From positions 1-64,000 of IMG/VR virus record IMGVR_UViG_3300019776_000252: a DNA stretch of 64,000 bases; one strand, written 5' to 3'. Below, piece after piece: positions 57,420-64,000 of this stretch. Position 1 is the first letter of the stretch. Each line of letters opens with the position of its first letter. The notes under the pieces are model-generated. The model saw only the letters and a program-made list of their open reading frames with translations. It did no database searches and was not told the origin of the DNA. Source of the stretch: a virus. The position numbers were made by a program, and so were the translations under genes.

Positions 57420-58883
57420 GTGGCAAATCTTGTTTGCGGTATTGGGGATTGGAATGGTCCCAAGGCTGGAGACCCTTCCAATAATGTGACCCTAGGTACT
57501 TCAACAGTACTAGGAGGTATCTATCTTAGCTGGAACTACCCTACAGTTAATCCACATGCAGTAGCACACACATTGGTTTATCGTGGCACTAATGGGACTT
57601 TTGGTTCAGCCATCAAAATAGCAGTAGCTGCAGGTAGTGGTTACTTTGACCGTATTACTGTAACTACGGATACTACTTATTACTATTGGATTCAAATAGT
57701 TTCTATTAACGGAACTACTTTAACTCCAATTGGTCCAGTTACAGGAGTTGCTATACCTCCTGCTGCCACATTATCTAATGATTTAAACCAACAGATTAAT
57801 AGCAGCCTATTATCTGAAGAGTTAAGAACTGATATTGGTAATATTGAATTGCTAGGACATTCTCTTACTCAAGAGATTAAAGACCGTCTAGCAGCTAATC
57901 TAGCTCTTGGTAATACTATTACTGGTGTAGATGGTCGAGTACATAATGCACTTGCATTTATTGAGCAGGAAACCAATCAACGTATTACTGGTGATGGTGC
58001 TCTAGCTACTCGCCTAGATGTGATGGGTGTTGGCTTTGATACTGCTATGGCAGGCATTGCTGATCAATTCATTGTCAAAGCCACAGAGACTGAGGCTCTA
58101 GCCAAGAAGATCACTACTGTAGAAGCTACCCTAAACGGTAATACTGCTACAGGCGAGATTGGTTTGAAAGCAATTGTTTCAAACAATGCCAATAGCATGA
58201 CTGACCTTAGTAATGCTCTAGGCGATGTTACTGATGACGTTACTAAAGCATCTAACGATATTAAAGGCATCAATACTAAGCTTGCTTCTGTATATACAGT
58301 CAAACTTAAAACAGTTAACCAAGCTACAGGTAAAACCTTATTTGGTGGTTTTGGTTTAGTAAATGATGGTACTACTGTAGATGCTGGTTTTAATGTTAAT
58401 AACTTCTGGATTGGTGACGTTAATAGCGTTGTTAAACCGTTTGTTGTTGGAAAAGATCCTAATACTAATGTAGATACTGTATTTATTGATACTGCAGTAA
58501 TTAAAGACCTATCGGTTACTACAGCCAAAATTGGTAAGAACTCTATTACTATTCCTACTTCAGGATATAACGTTTGTTATCTTGATATGCCTTCAGACGG
58601 CAAAGTATTTGTAGTTGCTACAGCCAATATGTATGAGAATAGTGGTTCTGATGGAGGTGGGCTTAACTCGGCTTATTCCATACAACTAGATTGCCCTACT
58701 AATGGTGAATCTGGTGGCTTTATGTGGGTACATGGAGCCAAAGCTAGGTGGTCTGTTGCCACTACCAGTTTTACATTTACTGTTCCCAAAGGTTCGCATA
58801 CCTTCCAAATTTCTTATCAGAATTGGGGTGGTAACTTCTCTTTGAGTAATGCAGCCATGATTGCTATAGCGGTACTACGATGA
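57420..58883 (+). CDS. Tail fibre/tip protein (FN3-like N-terminus, coiled coil, lambda-J/DUF1983-like segment)
   Basis: YLSWNYP...VYRG...YYYWIQ; GGFGL..DG...PFVV...VFIDTAVIKDLSVTTAKIG; GTG start with AAGGAG SD. Confidence 0.8.
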   Translation: MANLVCGIGDWNGPKAGDPSNNVTLGTSTVLGGIYLSWNYPTVNPHAVAHTLVYRGTNGTFGSAIKIAVAAGSGYFDRITVTTDTTYYYWIQIVSINGTTLTPIGPVTGVAIPPAATLSNDLNQQINSSLLSEELRTDIGNIELLGHSLTQEIKDRLAANLALGNTITGVDGRVHNALAFIEQETNQRITGDGALATRLDVMGVGFDTAMAGIADQFIVKATETEALAKKITTVEATLNGNTATGEIGLKAIVSNNANSMTDLSNALGDVTDDVTKASNDIKGINTKLASVYTVKLKTVNQATGKTLFGGFGLVNDGTTVDAGFNVNNFWIGDVNSVVKPFVVGKDPNTNVDTVFIDTAVIKDLSVTTAKIGKNSITIPTSGYNVCYLDMPSDGKVFVVATANMYENSGSDGGGLNSAYSIQLDCPTNGESGGFMWVHGAKARWSVATTSFTFTVPKGSHTFQISYQNWGGNFSLSNAAMIAIAVLR

Positions 58884-59305
58884 TTCACTATATTGAAGCA
58901 GACTCACAAGGCAAGATCTTTAACTTTGGTAGTGCTGGTGGATTCAGTGATGCTGAGTCCTTCAAGAAAGTGCTTCCAACAGCAATTATTCTTGACACTC
59001 CAGTTTCTCAGCTAAACCAATACTATTGGGATGGTAAAGCTATCCAACCAATGGGTAGACAGCCTTCCCTGGCCCATGAGTTCAACTATGAACTCAAAGC
59101 TTGGGTTTTGAATGCTCAAACCCAATGGGAATTGGTCAAATCCAAGAGAAATGACCTATTAGCTGCTACAGATTGGCGAGTTATTAAGGCTCAAGAGGAA
59201 GGAATCTCTCTAGATCCAGTTTGGATTGCTTATCGGCAAGCCTTACGAGATATTACTGAGCAACCAGATCCGTTTAAGATTGTTTGGCCTAATTCACCAA
59301 ACTAA
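58880..59305 (+). CDS. Tail fibre assembly chaperone
   Basis: KRNDLLAATDW...WIAYRQALRDITEQ...WP. Confidence 0.88.
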   Translation: MIHYIEADSQGKIFNFGSAGGFSDAESFKKVLPTAIILDTPVSQLNQYYWDGKAIQPMGRQPSLAHEFNYELKAWVLNAQTQWELVKSKRNDLLAATDWRVIKAQEEGISLDPVWIAYRQALRDITEQPDPFKIVWPNSPN

Positions 59306-59330
59306 GATTAGTTTCGGATATGATTGGGCA

Positions 59331-59555
59331 CACAATTAGCCATTAATGGGGTAATGCTCCAGTAAATAGGGTAATTTGTATCATTGGATGACTAGCAAGA
59401 GCAGCAACTTCCATAACAAGCCTAAATATCCCTTACAGAGCAATCTGTCGGGTTTTTATGTTGTTGGAGAACGATTTGCTGCATTTCCTTGCCTCTGAAG
59501 ACTCCTGCAGCTTGGTTTGTAAAGGCGTAAGCCTTGATTTCATTCATACCTAGTT
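59331..59555 (+). ncRNA. Putative structured noncoding RNA or leader
   Basis: Long hairpins with GCAA and GUAA tetraloops in a 268-bp gap lacking a convincing ORF; folded by eye. Confidence 0.5.
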
Positions 59556-59573
59556 TCTTATTAAGGAGTTCTA

Positions 59574-59999
59574 ATGTCTAAGTTTTCGAACTACACAGAA
59601 GGCAATATCATTGAAACCACTCTGCGTGGTGCTGCCTTTCCTGTACCCACTGCTGTTTATATTGCCCTGTTTACTGCAGATCCGACTGATGCCAACGTAA
59701 CTGCTGGTGAAGTACAAACCTCTGCTTGGCCTGCTTATGTCCGTAAAGATGCTGCCGTTGGTGGTGCTATCTCTACTGGCTGGACAGCCAATGCTAATGG
59801 CGTGTCTTCTAATGCCAAAGCAATTACCTTCCCTGCTAATAACGGTGCTGGTTCGGTAACTGTTGGCTATATCGGTATCTACGATGCTGCTACAGGAGGT
59901 AACTTGCTGTACCACTCTCCCTTGGTTTCGTCCAAGGTTCTTCAAGTGGGTGACGTGCTTTCCTTCGGTATTGGTGCTATCACCATCACTATCGACTAA
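59574..59999 (+). CDS. Tail fibre-associated structural protein
   Basis: FSNYTE...VYIALFTADP...IYDAATGGNLL family motif; AAGGAG SD. Confidence 0.8.
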   Translation: MSKFSNYTEGNIIETTLRGAAFPVPTAVYIALFTADPTDANVTAGEVQTSAWPAYVRKDAAVGGAISTGWTANANGVSSNAKAITFPANNGAGSVTVGYIGIYDAATGGNLLYHSPLVSSKVLQVGDVLSFGIGAITITID

Positions 60000-60011
60000 T
60001 AGGTAAGCAAG

Positions 60012-61448
60012 ATGGACCAAACTGCTGTTAACAGTAGTGGTGTAAACAGTGCCAGTAACCTATCATGGGTACTGGCTTCTGTTGCTATTACAGCCTCTGC
60101 TGCTGTTAATGCAGTTGCTGTCCGTCAATATGAGATCTTTGCATCTCCTACTGCTAATGCAGTAGTTAATGTAGTTCCAACAAATACACAACCTGGTGTT
60201 GTAAACGTTCTTGGAACTGGTGGTGTTTATCCTGATGCCTATCTACAACAAGCAGCTACTGCTAATCTAGTTGCTTCAGGTAAGGTTCAGGCTTATGTTC
60301 TTAGCTATGTAGCTGGTTCAGCTACTATCATCTGCAATTCGACTATCCAAGCTATTCCAGCAAATAGTCTAGGTCGTGCAGATATCACTGGATCTGCTGC
60401 TGTAAGCCCTACAGCAACCAGAATCCAGCCTGCTAAAGCTAATTTAACTGCTTCAGGTGCAGTAAGTAACTCTATTGCACCAGTTGTGACTCGATATGTA
60501 ACAGCTAATCTAGCTGCTGCAGGTAAAGTACGTGTTGAAACACGTATTAACGGTGTCCATGAGACATATGCAGCACCTGTAGGTTCAGCAAACATTGTTG
60601 CTGATCCTTTGGCAAATGTAATGTTTGCCTTTAATGCTGCATGTAGTGCTAATGTTTCCCCAGTAATCACATTAGAGCAAACCACTGTATCCAGTGTTTA
60701 TGCTAACTCTCTGATTGTGGTTGCTGAACCAGAAGTTACTAGGCCGTCTGTTGCATACATGTATCCCAGTTGTACTGTCTCTGCTGACGGTACTAGGATG
60801 CGACTAGCTGAATCCAGCTTTGTAGGTTCATCGACTATTACGATGGCTAAAACCTATCAAACACACTCTGCAAACGCTTCTTTGAGTGGTTTGGCTTCTG
60901 TATCTGGGGCTGGCACTGTTACTCAGTACGCTAATGTAGCTTCTGCAGCCTATGTAAATATGGCAGCAGATGCCTCTAAGACTGCTTATGCACTTTCTCA
61001 AGGTGAGAAAGGAACTGCTGTTCTAGAGGCTACTGCTTGGCTTCAAGAGTTTGGTACTGCAACACTAACTTGCAGATCGTTAGTTAATGCTGAAGCTGTT
61101 CAAACTTGCTTGGCTTATTCCAACGCAACAAACACTATTTCTGTAGTGGCTAATGCTACTAAGACTATGTTTGTAGACTCTTCAGCACAAGCTGGAGTAA
61201 CTATTGCAGCAGACGCTACCCGAGTAGTAATGCCTCAGTCTGTAATCACTAATGAAGTAACTATAGAAGCAGTAGCTCTACGTACTGCTTATGGAATAGC
61301 TGCAGTTGATGCAGCCGTAACTATTGTTGTTGATTCCATTGCAAACCCTGAATCTATTGATCCAGAGTCTAGAACTTTCTATGCTGCTCCTAGAACCACT
61401 GAGTTTGCAAGACCTTATGTTGAAACAGAATTTAGGAGAGCCGCATGA
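60012..61448 (+). CDS. Ala/Val/Thr-rich beta-repeat fibre protein
   Basis: Quasi-repeats of about 22 aa of alternating small/hydrophobic residues. Confidence 0.7.
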   Translation: MDQTAVNSSGVNSASNLSWVLASVAITASAAVNAVAVRQYEIFASPTANAVVNVVPTNTQPGVVNVLGTGGVYPDAYLQQAATANLVASGKVQAYVLSYVAGSATIICNSTIQAIPANSLGRADITGSAAVSPTATRIQPAKANLTASGAVSNSIAPVVTRYVTANLAAAGKVRVETRINGVHETYAAPVGSANIVADPLANVMFAFNAACSANVSPVITLEQTTVSSVYANSLIVVAEPEVTRPSVAYMYPSCTVSADGTRMRLAESSFVGSSTITMAKTYQTHSANASLSGLASVSGAGTVTQYANVASAAYVNMAADASKTAYALSQGEKGTAVLEATAWLQEFGTATLTCRSLVNAEAVQTCLAYSNATNTISVVANATKTMFVDSSAQAGVTIAADATRVVMPQSVITNEVTIEAVALRTAYGIAAVDAAVTIVVDSIANPESIDPESRTFYAAPRTTEFARPYVETEFRRAA

Positions 61449-61726
61449 AGTTAGGCACAGTTAAAAAGCAACCTAGGGAGAATTTCTCCTATACGGTTAC
61501 TTATGAAGATGCTCTTACTGTTGGTGACAATGTTCAAGCTGTTGAAGTAGTTTCTGTACCAACAGGTTTAGTAATTACTAACGTAGCTGTGTTTGACCCA
61601 CGAGTTAAGTTCTGGGTTGGTGGTGGTACTGATGGCTCTTCTTATAAGCTGTCAATCACAGTAACAACTGCTGATGGTCGAGTGTTCCAAGACGAGCTTA
61701 CATTTGTTATTAAGGAAGTAGTCTAA
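61445..61726 (+). CDS. Fibre-tail adaptor-like protein
   Basis: KQPRE..SY...WVGGGTDGSSYKL...TT.DGRV motif. Confidence 0.75.
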   Translation: MKLGTVKKQPRENFSYTVTYEDALTVGDNVQAVEVVSVPTGLVITNVAVFDPRVKFWVGGGTDGSSYKLSITVTTADGRVFQDELTFVIKEVV

Positions 61727-64000
61727 TGGCTCAGTTATTTACAAATAACGCTACAACTAAACTCAGTACTGGTATTGATGCCGTTACTACTTCTGTTGTT
61801 GTCGTTGATGGATCTAAATTCCCATCACCTACTGGTGGAGACTACTTCTATATCACTGTATCTCGTATTAATGGCAGTGGTCAAGAAGATCAATGGGAGA
61901 TTATGAAATGTACTAGTCGAACGACTAATACATTGACTGTTGTACGTGCTCAAGACAACACTACTGCTGTATCTGCTGTTGCTGGTTCACCTGTTGAGCT
62001 TCGTCAAGTAGCGCAGACAATCTCTAATCCAGATCTCAATAGCCTTACTGTTAAGAACAACATCAACAATACGGCTCTTACAGCCTCTTCTGCAGTAGCT
62101 ACAGATGCGTCAAAGAACCTTGTTTCGGTGCCTACTACTGGCACTGGTAGTTATGTACTGTCTAACAGCCCCACTCTGGTCACACCTAATCTTGGAACTC
62201 CAACTACCTTAGTTGGAACCAACATTACTGGTACTGCTTCTGGTTTGACAGCAGGTACTGTGACTACCAATGCCAACCTAACTGGTGACGTTACCTCTGC
62301 AGGTAACACTACAACGATTGGTGCTAATAAAGTTACCTTGGCTAAGATTGCTCAAGTAGCAACATCTATTTTCCTAGGTAGGGTATCTGTTGGTACTGGT
62401 AACGTTGAAGAAGTTACTGTTGCTTCTGCCAAGACAATGCTTGGCATTAGTAACGTAGACAATACCTCTGATGCTAATAAGCCTCTAAGTACTGCAGAGA
62501 CTACTGCTCTTGCTTTAAAACAAAACTTGTCTGATAAAGATGCTTCTGGTGGCTATGTCGGTTTAACCACGATGAAGATCAACTTCAGAAACGCTCTGAA
62601 TACGATCACTAGCTTCTTTACTAATGCTAATACGGTAGCACGTACTTATACCTTCCCTGATAAGGATGGTACGGTAGCAATGACCAGTGACATTACTGGA
62701 ACCAATAGTGGTACTAACACCGGTGATGAAACCACAGCTACTATTAAATCCAAGCTAGGTATCACTACCTTGTCTGGTTCTAATACAGGTGATCAAACTA
62801 CTATTTCAGGTAATGCAGGTTCTGCAACACGTATTGCATTTAATGACCGTAGAGCAGTAAACCAGACCCCTGGGTATTTCGGTGCTGGTGCAGATTGGTC
62901 GTTTATGGCTAACGCTACAGACGGTCTTGCTGATGGTGGTACATACCACGGAGTAATGCACTTCCAACCATACACAGATGCGTCTGGTGGTGGTGCTTAT
63001 GAACTTGGTTTCACAGATAACAACAATCTGTGGATTCGAGGTAGTAGTGGAGGCCTTACCTCTTGGGCATCTTGGAAAAAGATCATTGATAACAGTAATG
63101 TTGGTAACTATGCACCTTCATTAACAGGCACAGGAGCTTCCGGTACATGGGGCATTAACATTACAGGGACTGCAGGTTCTGTTGCATGGGGTAATGTCTC
63201 TGGTCGTCCTACAGCAGTATCTTCGTTTACTAATGACTCTGGTTATGTAACCTCTGGTGGTACTGTGGCAAACGCCACTAATGCTACTAACTCAACAAAT
63301 GCAACTAACTTAACTGGTACTGCTAGTACCGCTGGTTATTCAACTAGTTCGGCATCGGTAGCCTATGGTGGTATTGGCGGTCCACAAGTTATGGGCCAAG
63401 GTGGTGGTGCGGCGATGTTATCGTTCCATCGTCCAGGTTCATATGCTATTAACTTCGGTCTTGATACAGACAATGTTCTGAAGGTTGGCGGCTGGAGTAT
63501 GGGTGCGGTGTCATATGCAATCATGCATAGTGGCAATATTGGATCACAGTCTGTTAATTACGCAACAACAGCAGGATCGGCGCCTGCCAATGGGGGAACA
63601 TCTTCATATAGCACTTACCAATGGTCTACCTCTCATAGTGGTACTTACTATGTTTCTAATGCTTGGAACGGAACATATTGGCGTTTTACTTCAAATCATG
63701 GTGCGGGTATCAGTGTTACTCACGCTGATTATGCAAATAGTGCTGGATCAATATCAGGCGGTTTGAAAACCATTGGTGGACAATCTTTAATTGGTTCTGG
63801 GGATTTATCTATGATTAAAAGTGTTCAACACGGTAGTACCGCAGTTGGTGTAATGAGCGTTAATGTGACAATTTCTGCTGTTAATACTAGTAAAGCTTTT
63901 GTTGTAGCAAATGTTGCTGGTACTCCACCTATGTATGACCCCTATGGATCTGTTCGACAAACTGGTGGTGGAGCATACTTTGCATCAACTGGAGCAAGCG
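61726..64000 (+). CDS. Long tail fibre, truncated by the window edge
   Basis: Translated by hand: MAQLFTNNA...LTVVRAQD N-terminal anchor, NVDNTSDANKP, WASWKKI, FHRPGSYAINFGLD; open to the end. Confidence 0.88.
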   Translation, partial: MAQLFTNNATTKLSTGIDAVTTSVVVVDGSKFPSPTGGDYFYITVSRINGSGQEDQWEIMKCTSRTTNTLTVVRAQDNTTAVSAVAGSPVELRQVAQTISNPDLNSLTVKNNINNTALTASSAVATDASKNLVSVPTTGTGSYVLSNSPTLVTPNLGTPTTLVGTNITGTASGLTAGTVTTNANLTGDVTSAGNTTTIGANKVTLAKIAQVATSIFLGRVSVGTGNVEEVTVASAKTMLGISNVDNTSDANKPLSTAETTALALKQNLSDKDASGGYVGLTTMKINFRNALNTITSFFTNANTVARTYTFPDKDGTVAMTSDITGTNSGTNTGDETTATIKSKLGITTLSGSNTGDQTTISGNAGSATRIAFNDRRAVNQTPGYFGAGADWSFMANATDGLADGGTYHGVMHFQPYTDASGGGAYELGFTDNNNLWIRGSSGGLTSWASWKKIIDNSNVGNYAPSLTGTGASGTWGINITGTAGSVAWGNVSGRPTAVSSFTNDSGYVTSGGTVANATNATNSTNATNLTGTASTAGYSTSSASVAYGGIGGPQVMGQGGGAAMLSFHRPGSYAINFGLDTDNVLKVGGWSMGAVSYAIMHSGNIGSQSVNYATTAGSAPANGGTSSYSTYQWSTSHSGTYYVSNAWNGTYWRFTSNHGAGISVTHADYANSAGSISGGLKTIGGQSLIGSGDLSMIKSVQHGSTAVGVMSVNVTISAVNTSKAFVVANVAGTPPMYDPYGSVRQTGGGAYFASTGAS

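Noticed and set aside
59411-59419. CCATAACAA in the putative ncRNA matches the vRNAP promoter spacer
   Set aside because: A 9-nt match is expected by chance in 64 kb and no promoter hairpin follows; not counted as promoter mimicry.
1-64000. tRNAs, CRISPR arrays, integrase, reverse transcriptase/DGR, inteins or introns
   Set aside because: None recognised by eye; the polymerases, RNR and terminase look uninterrupted. tRNAscan/Infernal runs would be needed to exclude RNA genes formally.

Overview
The window is about 64 kb of an N4-like podovirus (Schitoviridae) genome, apparently assembled across its termini: the early end and the terminase end meet near 17.6 kb. Evidence: a 3396-aa virion RNA polymerase (vRNAP) in which I see no cysteine, a split two-subunit RNAP II, N4-type capsid/portal/terminase genes, and four GNA-triloop hairpin promoters. 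Early and middle genes are on the minus strand: 17.5 kb leftwards (gp1/gp2-like, SLOG, RNAP II, HNH, AAA/vWA, helicase, DNA polymerase, many small ORFs) and 57.4 to 47.5 kb (thyX, class II RNR, exonuclease, primase, Sak4-like ATPase, SSB, RuvC). Late genes are on the plus strand: terminase to vRNAP at 17.8-47.4 kb, and a tail-fibre module from 57.4 kb to the window edge. Best leads: (i) a 21-aa acidic/aromatic micropeptide with its own vRNAP promoter and terminator; (ii) a ~230-nt highly structured noncoding RNA candidate in the tail module; (iii) an attenuator-like leader before nrdJ; (iv) a second hairpin family (GCGCA-GRA-TGCGC) found right after stop codons; (v) a natural Tyr-to-Phe change in vRNAP motif B plus an inserted HExxH domain; (vi) a ~84-aa capsid insertion together with an 899-aa antisense-oriented appendage-like protein. 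All family assignments come from motif recognition and recalled N4 gene order, and RNA folds were done by eye; no searches were run.
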